Origin: Phoronis australis
Taxonomy: Eukaryota; Animalia; Phoronida
Length of the DNA stretch: 64,000 bases
Direction: 5' to 3'
NCBI GenBank assembly: GCA_002633005.1
Contig: NMRA01000541.1
Location: forward strand, 186,001-250,000
A program made the position numbers and the translations under genes. Position 1 is the first letter of the stretch, and every line of letters begins with the position of its first letter. The notes below the pieces were generated by a model, which searched no databases, had not been told where the DNA came from, and saw only the letters and a program-made list of their open reading frames with translations. This document shows positions 12,616-26,285 of the stretch, piece after piece.

Positions 12616-12827
12616 TATATTATGGTTTATATGGAGGACTGTATACTCCTATTTTGGGTATATTATGGTTTACATGGAGGATTGTATACTCCTATTTTGG
12701 GTATATTATGGTTTACATGGATGATTGTATACTCCTATTTTGGGTATATTATGGTTTACATGGATGATTGTATACTCCTATTTTGGGTATATTATGGTTT
12801 ACATGGATGATTGTATACTCCTATTTT
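12616..12827. repeat. Minisatellite, 43-bp unit, ~5 copies
   Basis: Unit tatattatggtttacatggatgattgtatactcctattttggg. Confidence 0.95.
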
Positions 12828-13238
12828 GCCCTTTGATGGCCCCAATATTAAAGGTATGAGTTCAAATCTGAATTCACTGTCTCAAAATCTTGTTGTATCT
12901 CAAATATTGTGGTCATCAAGTGAGAACTTGTATGGGATATTTGGCATCATGATACTCTCAAGAATAGAATAATAAATAGTTATTGTAAGTTTGTTAGTAG
13001 AACAGAAAGTGGAGAAAGAATTTTCAACCCTAGACCCAGATGATCTATAACCTCAATATCACTCCAGTTTGTACTATGTATGCAGACATATTTTTGAATG
13101 ACCATATTAAATAAATAAGGGTAATTTCTTAGATATTCTAATGTTGATCCACCAAACTCTTGTTTCATAACTTTATGTAGAAGGTACCCATTATAAAGAA
13201 GAAATATTCAGACTAATTTTGGGTATTTAAACTTGCAG

Positions 13239-13382
13239 GCTGCTGTGGTATGTATTCACTTGTGATTGGCACTCGTAAGACGGTGGGAATTTTCTTTGTC
13301 GAGTTTATTGAGAAGTACAATTCATCAAGGACAGACACAGTTTGGATTGCTGCTTTACTTGGCTTTCTCATGTTTTCTATGG
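13239..13382 (+). CDS. MCT/SLC16-like coding exon 2 (TM1-TM2)
   Basis: ttgcag|GC...ATGG|gtaag, 144 nt; CCGMYSLVIGTRKTVGIFFVEFIEKYNSSRTDTVWIAALLGFLMFSM. Confidence 0.92.
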
Positions 13383-13699
13383 GTAAGCTTTTAGTTTTTG
13401 TTATGCTAATTATTTTTGTTTTATCATCATGTTGCATTTGAAATTAAACTCTGCATCTTAAGTTGTACTTCTCCCAATTATTGCTTATTTTTAAAATCAA
13501 GAATCAGCCTATCCAACTGAACTACACATTTAACATATTTTCCAAAGCTGCCTACATCATGATTAGAAAATGATTGTTCGTATCCAAATAGGTCATTTAC
13601 AAGAAGATATCAGTGTGAAAAGCTGTCAATCTTGATAGGCATAGACCCTATTCACGCCGACAGGAGGCGCGTTCCAAAACGAGGCTCTCTACGATAGCT

Positions 13700-13840
13700 G
13701 TGGTGGCTTATCTGCGTAGTTGTCCTCCGCGTTGCTCGAACAGCTAGAAAAAATACGGACACTCTGTTTTACAATCCCTGAGGACGTTGGGATTCGGAAG
13801 CGTTGGGTCCTTGCCATACGCCGCGACGAAGGAAAATATG
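13700..13840 (+). pseudogene. THAP domain remnant
   Basis: C.P.CSN...FTIPEDVGIRKRWVLAIRRDEGK resembles THAP N-terminal halves (F.FP.D...R..W..AIRR); preceded by the MITE-like end atagaccctattcac at 13641. Confidence 0.55.
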
Positions 13841-14177
13841 TCCGTGTAAAATTTATTACTGTTTTCGAATCATAATTTGTCGCATCTTTGACTGGATGCG
13901 GCCATAGCAACGAGCACCGGAGAATCTTCGGCCAGCCAGGCTGTGTTTTCATGACTATAGGTTGAAGCGCTCCATTTTTCTTTACAAAAAGGACAGGGCC
14001 CTCAATCCCTCAATTTTGGGGCCAAATATCGGCCCTATTCCCCTCTCATAATTATTGAAAAATCACGCGAAATTCCTGGCCACAAGGCCTAAAAATCCCC
14101 TTTGTGATTAAAAATTTCACTCCAACGGTTCAAATGCTCTGTGACCACAGAGGTGACAATTTGAAAAAGTACAAAAT

Positions 14178-14265
14178 CATAGGCGGATTTAGGGGGGGCG
14201 AATTAGGGGGGAGAATTTTAGGGTGGGGGCATGGCCCCCTTGGCCCCCCTCTAAATCCGTCACTG
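14178..14265. mobile_element. Short GC-rich MITE (CATAGGCGGATTTAGGGGG...CCCCCTCTAAATCCGTCACTG)
   Basis: Imperfect terminal inverted repeat; the same terminus (ccccctaaatccgcctatg) recurs at ~63642-63660. Confidence 0.6.
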
Positions 14266-15266
14266 TGTTCTGTGCAGTTAACTGAAATTGAGCTCTAAAA
14301 CAAGGTTATGCTTTGGACGAAAGAGTTAGGTTTTTTAATTTTAAAATTCAACTTGGTCGAGATTGATATTTGAAAAATGTTACACATGAAATAGACGTAA
14401 TTATTAAAACCAAGAAAGCAGAAGTGATGGTCATATAATTTTTATTTTCAATTGCGAGCCTAGTTTTTTATTGTAATCAAAATATATTATTTAATAACAT
14501 CAAGTATTATTTCAGATCTCAATGACAAATCAACTGTTAGTCCCGGTAGTGCCTACCTCACCAGGACCTAGGCTATGCTTGAAGCTAATAGGCCTACTCT
14601 TGATCAACAAATTAAACCAGATTAGACTAATTGCACGTGACAGCAAAATGCTATGAGCCACCACTGTCGAATATTTCTTCAACTCGTCAACAATACGACC
14701 AGATGACCTGGTTCGTGTAGAAAGCATAGAAGAAACGTAACCCTGCATTCAGCATGATACCTAATCCGCAACATTACGACCGCCGCAATTTGGTCATGTT
14801 TACTTTTCATGTTTCGAACCTAATTTTCTGGAAAAATACCTATATCCTTTCGTCAGACAACTCTTTGGTGCATTGACTTGTTCTTTAACTGTATTTTTCT
14901 ACGTCTCTTTGGTTAATTATTGACACATTTCTTAAGATTTAATATTCAGGTTGGACTCCAAAGACCGGCCATTTAACTCACGCTATGTAAATTTCCGCTT
15001 TGTTTATCGCAGTGAGCCTCGCTTTGGATTTTAATGTCCACCGCATGAGTAGAGACTATGGTCAGCCCTTCCCCGGAATCTTGCAAGAGACTTAGTAATG
15101 GGAAAATTAATTGCTGACATGTCATAGAAAATATGCTAATCACCCTTTCAGAAATGTCAGTGTGAAAGATATTAACCCCCAGTGTCATGTTTCTTTAACT
15201 AACTTGTACCTAATCAGTGTACAGTTCGGATGTTGTACTAAAGTGTATGTCCGTTGTTCCTAAGTG

Positions 15267-15413
15267 TACCTCTTTATAATTTATTGGCATCTTTTGATGT
15301 AAAGGTGCAGTCCATCTCTTGATTTGTAAGTTGTATGACTGTCATACAACTTACAAATCAAGAGATGGACTGCACCTTTACATCAAAAGAAGCCAATAAA
15401 TTATAAAGAGGTA
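15267..15413. repeat. Near-perfect 147-bp palindrome (73-bp arms, 1-nt centre at 15340)
   Basis: One mismatch between the arms; imperfect extension to ~15255-15426. Confidence 0.95.
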
Positions 15414-15424
15414 TTGACTTAGAA

Positions 15425-15580
15425 CAGGGTTCACAAAAAACTGATTTTGTTGACCTTGTATGTCAGTTTCAAAAGGCCTATTGTGTGTTATTTACAACCA
15501 TGATTTACAACCGTCTGAAACATTCTGAGCCACTATGCCAACTGGTTACCCCCTCTAAGCCCAAAACGAGCTCACAATCT
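15425..15580 (+). repeat. Short interspersed repeat, diverged copy at ~35085-35225
   Basis: Shared blocks tttcaaaag..ctattgtgtg, tgatttacaac and agccac.atgc...ct.gttaccccctc.aagcc.aaaa. Confidence 0.6.
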
Positions 15581-15620
15581 GTTGTACCAGTGTTACTGAA
15601 TCCTACTCTCCATTTTACAG

Positions 15621-15764
15621 GTCCATTTGCCAATGCACTTTGTGATCGTTTTTCCACTCGCGCTGTAGTCACTGTTGGGGCAATACTGAGTGCTGTAGGA
15701 TTCCTTCTTAGTGGTTTTGCAACTCAGTTGTGGCACTTGTATATTACATTTGGAGTGTTCATAG
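15621..15764 (+). CDS. MCT/SLC16-like coding exon 3 (TM3-TM4)
   Basis: tttacag|GT...ATAG|gtgag, 144 nt; GPFANALCDRFSTRAVVTVGAILSAVGFLLSGFATQLWHLYITFGVFI. Confidence 0.94.
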
Positions 15765-16367
15765 GTGAGTCACAGGCATATGTGCCCTACAAGTACAGTT
15801 AATGTTTTACAAAAGTAAATTTATAAATTTTAAAAAGTGCCAAATTCCCAAAAGAAATCAAAATTGAAAAATACACTTGATAATGATTAAAATATTAAAC
15901 TTAAATTGCTTGCTAATTCTTTTTCACTCATTTTACTAGTGTAGATTTTATCTGTTTTTATTTATTTGTTGTTACTGTTCTCATGGCAAATGAAGTCGTT
16001 CTGCCCCCCGACGTTTTTCAAACATTGAATATTTAAGACAGGTTAGACCTTCAGAAATCCTGTAAACCTGTTGGTCAAAATACATGACTTCAGGGTGGGC
16101 AACTTATGTCACCATCCAGTTATTGAGGATTTTTTGAACAAATGATGCAAAACGTGAGTCACTGGGAGAAAAGATTATAGGGAAAATCTCACCAATTTAA
16201 GACACAACATAGCAGACTAGTGAATTCGTATTTTTTCATTTTTTCACAAAATGTATGGTGAACCAAATTTATTTTTACTTTTCCATATTCAAGCTCTGTA
16301 CCATAGACAATATTTTGAAACTATGTCAACATTCACAGCAATGTTAAAAGACCTTGAAAAATGAAAA

Positions 16368-16546
16368 GTAGGTGAGAGGTTACTTTTAATGAACAGTGGG
16401 TGAGAGTTTACCTTTAATGAACAGTAGGTAAGAGGTTACCTTTAATGAACAGTAGGTTAATGAACAGTAGGTGAGAGGTTACCTTTAATGAACAGTAGGT
16501 GAGAGGTTACCTTTAATGAACAGTTGGTGAGAGGTTACCTTTAATG
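16368..16546. repeat. Minisatellite, 28-bp unit, ~6 copies
   Basis: Unit gtaggtgagaggttacctttaatgaaca. Confidence 0.95.
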
Positions 16547-17261
16547 GCAAACAAAAGTGTTGTTTTAGAACTGAATTAAAGTAAAGTTTAGGCAGTCAAA
16601 AATTATTTTGCTCAAGGTTGGAGGTTGAACCAACTCTTAGAAATAAGCTAAATTGGTCGTCCCATATTGAACTCTGGAGATCATTGCCAAATCATCATTC
16701 ATCTCAATGTTACACATTATCATAAAATTGGTGCATCGCCTTCTGTTTCTGACGATTTTAAGAATTGACAGGTCTATGGTCAAATTCTGTTCTACAAACT
16801 GTAATCATATCGCAGCAAAGCCTGGTGAAGTAAAGCTCGAAAGCGCCGCATTTTACAAAGCGAAGCGTCTGGTAACGCACAACAGGTTTCAGCATACAAT
16901 CTCCATATGTAACTAGCTCCATTGTGTGTTCTGTGTACACTGTCAATTAACTGATCATAAAACTTCCTTACTTCAGCCAAGTTGTTTTCAGTTGAAAAAT
17001 ACAATTTCTCAAGTGTTAGTCGGAGGTCAAGTTTGATATCGTATTCGTGATGAAAAATGCTGCAAATCCGTACACTTAAGAATTTGTTTTTTGTTGAGTC
17101 GCTTTTCAAAGTACTTCGCCTCATGCCCTAAACGCCTATGAATATTCATCTATGCTCTTGAACTTGTTTAGTTCATTCTGTTCCAAAAGTTTTAAAAATT
17201 TAACGAAACGTGTTTAAAAGACCTTTGAAAAGATTCTTGTCGATTAGTATTACATAATATA

Positions 17262-20200
17262 CGGTAAAGTCGCGTGATTTTCGGACACTGAAAATTAATT
17301 CCAATAGAAAAAATTCATTCTTGGACGAATCTCGCGAAATATCATTTTGTGGTATCCGAATTTGGCGGACCTCCAAATTTGGGTTTCCGCTAGTGTCCGA
17401 ATTTCGTGGGTGTACATTATTTCGATGAGCGGTCGTAGTATCAACAATGCTGGCTCCGTCATTTGATAGCAGTATAATTGCGGGTAAATGAGACTCAAAT
17501 GGTCTGAGCGATTAATTTTTGAAAATCTGGCTTTCCCAATAAGAAATGTGCGTCGTCGACGCACAAAGACCGTTCCCAACAAGTGTTGGTTCTTCTCTTC
17601 AAAGATGTGCTTTCTCAATATGAAATATTCGGCTTGCATTGCCGATGCTCAAAAACCGTTCTCCGCAAGTGACGGAATCTTTTCAAAACTGCGCTATCCC
17701 ACTTGAAATATCGGGCTGCGTTGCGAAGAGTCTTCCTGGTGACAAATATGGGCTTTTCAATGAGTGGGTCTGGTTTGCGTTGTTGACGCACATGAAACGT
17801 TAGACAACCGATTCTCTTTTGTAAAAATGCGTTTTCTCAATAACAAAAATGTCGAGTTTGCGCTGTGAACGCATGGTTTCCCAATAAAATGCTGGAATTG
17901 CGTATTCGGCGCACAAAGAGGGTTCCCGACCATCAAAACATGCGCTTTCTCAATTTTAACGAATTTTGCATTAAACGTAACAGTAATGGATGTGGGAACG
18001 AGTTCAATGAAGAAAGTGACGAACAATGACAAGAACATAGCATATATTTATGTTTGTTAAACGTATCCATGCATTGTCTGCTGGTTACAAACCGAAACGC
18101 AAGTTAACTCTGACACATTTATTTCCATATTAACTGAAAGCTCAGTTTCAACATGAAAACTTCGATTGAACAATTACCCAAAATAGATAACAAAGACAAT
18201 CATGATAATAAAACGAGTAGTTTCTCATCGACTTGTGATCCCCATTTGTCGTCCTGGTAGTCGTCTGAATTGTTGAAGAAGCGCTGTCGTTCTACATGTT
18301 TAGGCCTACTGCGGCAAACGATGGGAATGCGTCGACTAGTACAGTGCTGCGCGGCTGAAGACACGATTAACTAACATATTGTATATATAAGGGCGTTGTC
18401 TAGAAAGCAAATGCAATTTCAAATGCTACCAACATCAAATTCACCCAACCTTTTTTTTTTACAATTAAAACCTTTCTCATCCACAGCCTTTGAAACGCCC
18501 GATGTTAACTCAGTGATACACTGGCGCGTCTTCATGCAACTGAGGTGACCTAACACATCTGGGTTCGCTTACGTTTTTAACCACAGTGAAAACTCTGACT
18601 TGTGAAATCTTTTTGTGGATGAAATGAAACTGATAATCGTTAACATTTTCTGGTAATCTGCGTGGAAGATAACAGGGCCGTTTCTTCTGGTCGTCACCAG
18701 TTTAGCGCCGTCCACGGTCGTCACCAATTTCGCGCAGCTCAGTCTCCGTCAGTCACTACTAATTTACGCCGCCCCCCCCCCCTCGGCCTCCTGTTGCACA
18801 CCAATGTCGATTTTGCGCCACTAATTCTAAGGGAGTCTACTAGGTGCAACCCCCTGCCAAGACCGTTGTTGCGCACGTTGATACAATAGGATACTGGGCA
18901 GATCACGACTGTTAGAAGAATCGACTAGTGACGACCTGAAAAGAAAAACGAAAGCACTCAATTTGGGACAGGTGAACTCATGAAGGACGTAAACCAGGCA
19001 ATTCAAGTACCATTCTACTATTTATATACTTAATTTTCTTTCTTAATGTATATTTAACCAATTACAATTCATCTATGTCGACCGTTTTCATTTCATTTCG
19101 TCATATATTTGCTACAGTTACGGAAAATAGTTCTTCCCACAGGTCTCTGCTGATGGACATTACACACTTCTGCTAACATTTAAAGTATGAACAGTCGCGA
19201 GTTTACTGAAGTCTCATTATAAGTACAGAAATGTTGTTGAAGAATAACAGTGACTATCTGAAGACAGGAATACATAACAAAATAAAATATGGAAACACCA
19301 AACAAAAATCAAAACAACACTTACCTGTTGCAATAACGCCTTAAATGCGAACGTACTGACCGACTTGCATGAACGGAATGTTAGTTGAACATGTTAGTAG
19401 AACAAAACTGTCTCAATGAAATTTTCATGGTTGACAGGTTTAAGAAGATCCACCGTAGATTTCCGTATATAAGTCCAGGAGAATATATGGCCAATTTGCG
19501 TATCTTAAATTTTTCCCTAAAATATACCTGGGATGCATATCTGAGAATAAAAATGCATGCTTGAAATCTAAAAATAATGCTATTCCCACTAGGATATAAT
19601 TAGGGTGAGCTACAGTATTTATACTGTGTTCGTGTATTCGGCATTGCTGAGTATAGGCCCTGGTGTATTTTTACATAAGACGTTTGGTTTCCCCAACTTA
19701 TATACGGAAATCGCTGGTAATACTTCCCAAAATTATTTACCCTTGCTGCAAGTAAGGCATCACCTCGGGTAAAAATAGAACAATAATAATTAGCAATGTA
19801 ACAGTCAACACAATTAAACACACTTACAGCTGAAATGCCTCTAAAACTATATTAAGTAATACAAAAAACATGGTCTGTAGTTTAAGATCACGTTTCTTTT
19901 TTGTCTCAAAACTATCAACTGAAGGCGGTAACATGGACAAGAAGGCAAGGTCCTGTGGAAAGTAGATATCGAACTCCGGGTCGGAAACACTTATCAGGTT
20001 CCAAGCCCGTTGCATCGGACTCCAGGTCCTGTATTCTTGTTAGCCTACCCCTAGGACCACAAGAAGCAACGACTACCAAATCTGATTCAACTGACTTGTC
20101 ATTTTTCGAAATGATTGGTGGAGGATTTTCTTAGCCGCCGCAGACAGAGAGTGCCACAGGGTCCCGGTGTCCTTGTCGGGATTCATCTTAATCTCGGGAC

Positions 20201-21583
20201 ACCATGGAGTTCAGGGTGTTGTACCTCAGACGGTACAGGGTGTGAATTAACAAGACCACAAGTACACAGACCAGTGGATGAGCAAGCAAAATTGGGTCGC
20301 CGCAAGTTAAATCTTTTTTAGGTTTACATCTGGGGTAAAGCTCGTAACGCTAGAACTTCGCTAAAAAGCAAGAATTCATGAAATTACCTGATGTATTGTG
20401 TTTTTGAATTGAAAGCGTGATTTTGGCTAGATTTTTGTATTTCCCAAGACAGCTACTGAACTCTACCCTAGTCTGCGACCAGGGGCGCAAGGGTGAGAAT
20501 CTCACGAACACGCTAGACTGAAGACGTCGAGACGTTTGGTGAGGCATTGCAAACGAAGCACACGATCACACTATCTTCTTTAGCGAGATTCTTGCATCTG
20601 CGATGCTTATCAGAGAGCAACAGACAATTTGTAAGGGTAATGAAACGTGGTTACGTGGATGTACATTAGTTTTTGATATGTGTTATAGCACACCGGCGCT
20701 TACACAACATAGGACAGGGATGCAATGTCTCTGTAACAATTGCGTGTGCGCCGCGCCCCTTTCTGAGTGCTGGGCCTTGCACTATGTTTGATTTTTAACC
20801 AGCTTTACTTTGGCTCCGTCTCATTCGGCTGCTGCTGTTCACTATCTACACTACTTTGAACGCGCGATATCCTACGGACAGACTTAGCTGTGGCCTATTG
20901 TGAATGGGGGCCTAAACAAAAAATATTTCTCATCACGTCAAGAATAAAATCGGGACACGTCGCCGGAGATTTTAGCCACTAACAAGGGCATTTGCAAAGG
21001 CCAGGACGTTTTAAAAATAAAAACGTTTCGTAAACACGCAAGTTGATGTCAGGCGTGCAAGTTCAATGTCACAGTCCGAAGTCGAACAACACGGTCTAAT
21101 TAAACCAGAGCACATGTTACGCTACAACGAAAAACTGCAGCCTTCGGTGTATTTCCCATTTGTATTTTCATCAGAAATTTTCGTCATGCGGGACTCGGTG
21201 ACTCTTTCCATAGCTAAAGCGCCAAACACAAGCTAAACGCAAGACAATCGAGTAACGGTCATGACATCGTCAAGACAAGGTAAAAATTACAAAGCCCGTT
21301 ACACCAATTCTCAGATTCAAGCCTTATAGAGTAGTAATCATCCGTTGAACGCTTTAGTGACACGGGAGTTGCGTCGATCCCAAATTAGCGTTTCTAAAAT
21401 TTTCCTTGTCCGAAAGTCGCGGGGCAAAAATCCGACGTTTATGACATTGTCCGAAGTTCGAAGATCATTAAAAAACAGTTTTTGGACCTTGTACGAATTT
21501 CGTGGACTATGAAAAACTCATTTCGGAAATATTTTTTCTTGGTCGAAAATGGCGGGCCGTTCGAAAATCACGCGACTTTACCG
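17262..21583. mobile_element. 4.3-kb non-autonomous Tc1-mariner/pogo-like TIR element
   Basis: TA|CGGTAAAGTCGCGTGATTTTCG ... CGAAAATCACGCGACTTTACCG|TA: perfect 22-bp TIR with TA duplication; no transposase recognised. Confidence 0.8.
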
Positions 21584-21944
21584 TAGCACATTTTGTTGCA
21601 TTGGTATAACATTTGAAACTATTCCAAACGCGTATCAATTGCCGTAGTGACTCGACGAAAGTTTGTTTTCGTGGTGCAACATGGTCGGGCATTTCCTAAC
21701 ATGACGATTTTCGAATAGAAGGCTGCTTTGTTGGTGTTTAAGTGCAGGGAGAAAGTGCATGCAGTTGTTGAGCTGCTGTCAGATGGGCGGACGTAGTGAT
21801 CGACGAGATCATGACACCTGATCGCTATTTTGTACGTTGTACGCTTCCCGGCCCGGTAGTGGGTACTGTTTCGTCGAATGAAATCTGCGCTCGGGTGCTT
21901 CCACGACAAGAACAGGAAAGGTGTAAACTGTTTTTTTATTTCCT

Positions 21945-23623
21945 TTTTATGCGCCCACATAATTATATGTGGACGCATTATGCCGTCATCTCCATCTGTT
22001 CAGCCGTCCGTCCGGTGTCCAGCATCTGCTGCTCTATCTCTAAAACGCCTTGACGTATCTTCATGAAATTTTGCACATGTTTTCCTAACATGGATGGGAC
22101 AGCATGAGCAAACATTCAAACGGATCCGACTACCGGTATGTCCCCTAGTGGCAAATTTAGTTTTTTACGTTTACTTCTGTCTCTTCAAAAGTCCTGATTG
22201 GATTTTCACAAAATTTGTTATGTAGACACCTATTAGTGAGATGACGCTGTCCTCCCGTTTTCGGATGGATTCAATGTAATTTGCGCCACCTAGTGGCCAT
22301 TTTTAGTCGTTTTTTGCGTCCACCCCTCTATCAAGCTAGCCACTCGAAGGATTACTGTGAAAATTGGCCCGTATTTTCTGACTATGAAGTGGACGGGCGA
22401 CGATTTCGACTACTGTGGTGCCTCATAGTGGCAGTTTTGTTTTTTTTTTGCGCCTATTGCTGTATCTTCTAAACCGTTTGAAGGATCTTTACTAAATTTA
22501 GTGAGTGTATTTATATGATGTTGACAACCAACGACAAGGACTTACTACTGGTGTGCCACCTAGTGGCAATTTCATCTTTTTACATATATTTTCATAAAAT
22601 TTGGCATACAGGCATCTGTTAATGAGGCGACGCTATCTCTCTGTTTTCAGATGAATTCGACCTAGTTTGCTCCACCTAGTGGCCACTTTACTGTTTTCAA
22701 GTATGTTTTTTGGCGTCCACTCATCTATCAACCAAACCGCTTTCAACATAATTGTGAAAATTGGCATGTATGTTTCTACTATGAAGTGGATGGCTGACGA
22801 TGATTTTCCGACAAGTTCGACTACTGTGGCATCTCCTAGTGGCAGTTTTGTATTTTTGCACTCATTGCTGTATCTCCTAAACTGTATGCAGGATGTTTAC
22901 TTAATTTAGCAAGTGTATTTATATGATGTTGACAACAGACGATGACTTTCAGATAGATCTACCTTTTGGTATGCCCCCTAGTGGCAATTTTAGTTTTTTT
23001 TACGTTGAACTCATTATCTTCAAAGGACCTCAACAGATTTTCATAAAATTTTGAATATAGGCATCTATTGGTGAGATGATGTTATCCTGTGTTTGGATGG
23101 AATCAAGGTATTTTGCACCACCTGGTGGCCATTTTTGCTGTTTTCAAATCATGTTTTTGGCGTCCACCCCTTGATCAACCAAATCATTCTGAGGATGGTT
23201 TCGAAAATTGGCCTATATGTTTTCAGTGTGAAGAGGATGTTTGATGATGGCGACTAACTACTGTGGCGCCTCCTAGTGGTAGTTTTGTTTTGTTTTGTTT
23301 TTTGCCCATAACTGACCATCTCCAAAACCCACTGCAAATAAATTTAGTAAGTGAATTTATGTGAAGATAACAGACGATGACTGTCAGGCAGATCAATCAG
23401 CCGCTGTGCCCATAAGTGGCACTTTCATTTTGTTCTGTTTTCCTTTGTTTCTCTGAAGTTCCTTGACAGATTTTATGAAATATGGCATGATCCCGTTTTT
23501 GGATGGAGTGTACGTTTTTGCACCATCTTGTGGCCATTTTTATGATACAAATAAATAACCCTAAAAGCACACCATTTGCGATGCATTCGTGGGCGCATTT
23601 CAACGATCTGCGTTGCTCTTGTT
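21945..23623 (+). mobile_element. Full-length Helentron-type non-autonomous element (HINE/DINE-1-like), copy 2
   Basis: T-rich insertion site; 5' subTIR ATGCGCCCAC inside a hairpin; (CCGT)n microsatellite; internal tandem units; 3' subTIR GTGGGCGCAT (23589-23598); 3' hairpin caacgatctgcgttg; ends CTCTTGTT. Confidence 0.85.
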
Positions 23624-23692
23624 ACTATCTCAGTATTGTTCACATTTTTTGAGATGATGTCTAAGCACAGTCAGTCTAACAATTGTTGTTAA

Positions 23693-25531
23693 AGACATAT
23701 TTTCACACCAAAACAACTGCTTTTCAACTCAAAGAATAGCATTGCAGGAGCCCGTTACTTGGGCTAGTTACTGTCTGCACAGCGTGATTAATTAGATAAG
23801 CCCAGCAGTAATGACCTTCTCCCACTTCAGCCCAGTCAATTCTGAAAACAGACTAGGCGGTTACATAAGCCTCTGTGAAGTCGTGTCCGGAAGACAACTG
23901 TGTTGTAGGAATGAACTCGGCTGGTAAACCGCAGTCACACAAGGCAGAAACCAACATGGATTACTAAAGCTTTAGCGACGAGTCTTCCAACGACGAGGAA
24001 ATTTTAGAAAATCTTTTGTAACGATGAAGCGTCGGACACAGACAATATGCACAACGACCATCGTGAGCGTGTTCTTGACAACATAAACGGGCCCTGCAGG
24101 TTCGAACCAGTGCCTGCAAGTGTCCCAGTCGCTTTGGATGAAGAGTCAGCGGTGGATCCCGAAGACAATGACCGCACAACTTCAGACGTTTTATCATGTT
24201 AGATAAATGGAAAACAAAAACAATGCCGCGAGTTTGAATGCGAATATGTTTATTTTCGATTCAAGTTAAATAAAAAGCAATTTCAAACATCGGGACTGGT
24301 AGACGGATAAACTGCGATATGCAAGACTATTTGCCGTTTTGTCCTACGTTTCTTGATTTGCATAGGTTGAAAGCAAGGTGGGATAAGTTTTGTTGTAGGT
24401 TATCGATTGCAATTTGTATTTTATAACAAAAGCTTATTTTTGATGTTATATCTATTTTAAGTAATTACTGAACAGAGAGGGGGTCGAAACCATTAAAAGT
24501 CACCCGCACTCGAATTAATTTAATCCCCATAATGTTTATTTAATTGCAAAAATACGACAGGTAAGTAGCATTCAAGCAACTACACACAATTATGTTGCAA
24601 AAATTGTAATTCAAAAGAAATGCGGTTTCCAACAATGTCCTTCGATGTTATACGCCATTAGTAATGTTGTTCGCTTACTAGTGTGGCCCAAGGCCTGCTA
24701 GCTTCCGCAAAGCGACAGCATGTACAGTTTTGGAAATTATCTAAAATTTCACTTACCTTGGTTTCCAACCATACTGCGATTGCAGGCTGTCGACCTCGAA
24801 ACAGTCTGCAAAAAAATGTTTACTCCATATCACCGAATACGGCGACGCTCCACTTAATTTTCTCGTGGACCTCACGAAGTCTTCCCACTTGCGACGCAGT
24901 CTGGGGTTAGTGGGAAACCTATGTAATGAAACCCCAGGCCCAGACCCTGACACATTGTCACAGCCTCCAATAACACAACAGTCCGGCGTTGTTCTTCAAA
25001 TTTTTAATCGAGTTGAAGTATAAAAATGTGTTTAATGTCGTAATAAGTATTCCAATTGGCACACAACAACAGTGATACGTCGTGCGTAGACAGACAGTGC
25101 GAAAGACGTGCGGCTGTACTCGAACACTTTATTGAGGACTCATTGCTAACTACTGTGAAATGTTTATGGCAACGCACAAGACCATGTGCATATGTGTCAC
25201 ATTTCAGAGAATTAATTGGCAAAAGTTGGATAATAAACCCATTCTAACAAACAGAAAGCTTCCATTTGTGCCAGATAGTCCCAGTACAAACCTATGGACA
25301 GACTCGGCAGTGATCGGGTCCGCTTCCGGACGTGACGTGATTCCGAAGATAGCCGAAGTTGAAAATTTTCTGTTCTCGAAATTTTGTGGGGAAGTGGGAG
25401 AGTGTTTTACACGAATAATAGAAGAATATGGGGTGTGAAATAAAAAGAAATGTGGTTTATAAGCAATCTTTATTAACAGTCAACACGTGTATACATATTA
25501 ACTACAACTGAATAGCTGTGAATTGACCTCT
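23693..25531 (-). mobile_element. Probable Kolobok-type non-autonomous element with a THAP remnant
   Basis: TTAA|AGA......TTCACA ... TGTGAA......TCT|TTAA (imperfect TIR); THAP exon inside. Confidence 0.5.
24757..24989 (-). pseudogene. THAP domain exon, inactivated
   Basis: (ACG)PDCCVIGGCDN...VSLHRFPTNPRLRRKWEDFV...SVIWSKHF..DCF followed by a gtaag donor; ACG in place of ATG and W in place of the C of CxxHF. Confidence 0.85.
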
Positions 25532-26149
25532 TTAACTGGTTAGGTAGGGTTGTTTGCCTCTGGAACTGGCACCCTGGCAATTCAAGTAATTGATATGAAT
25601 ATGAGTGCGCCAAGTTTTAGAAAGCCTGTACTGTAACATAAGTGGGGTAATTCTGCAGGTTTAGGCGTATAAATTATCTCAGTTTACCAGTAGTGTCTGA
25701 ATTATTTTACACAAGATTATTAATTTAAGTCTATTCCAAAATCTTAGAACTTTTCATTTCATTACCTAGCATGAAAACAGGCTCTGATCATAATAGTTCA
25801 AACCAATGAGCTAAAAAACTCAGTTGAAGTGCTTGTTGGCCCATAGGTCATTGTAGTATAGGCTAGCCTATGGTTTGACCTTTCAATAATTACATAATAA
25901 CTTGTTAAATAGTGCTGATGACAACATGCTAACAATGGAACCACCCTGGGCATCAATGCATTTATTGAGTAGGTGTAAGACCACCTTTTCTTGACATCAC
26001 AGACACAAAAGCTATAGATATTCCTTGAACAAATTCCATATGTTGGTGGTGACCTAGGTCTGCTTACTGGCAATCATATTTTGTAGACCAAGTTGCTTAC
26101 CGGATTTGTGTACTTGGGGTTGTATATTTTGTGTGACATTTTGTGGTAT

Positions 26150-26247
26150 TATTATTCCAGAGAGACTGTGGATGCCCTTCCGTATTGTTGTGCTCTATAG
26201 TATTTACTTGGCGGAATTCTTCCGCCAAGTATGTTGCTCTGACAGCA

Positions 26248-26285
<38 letters not shown>

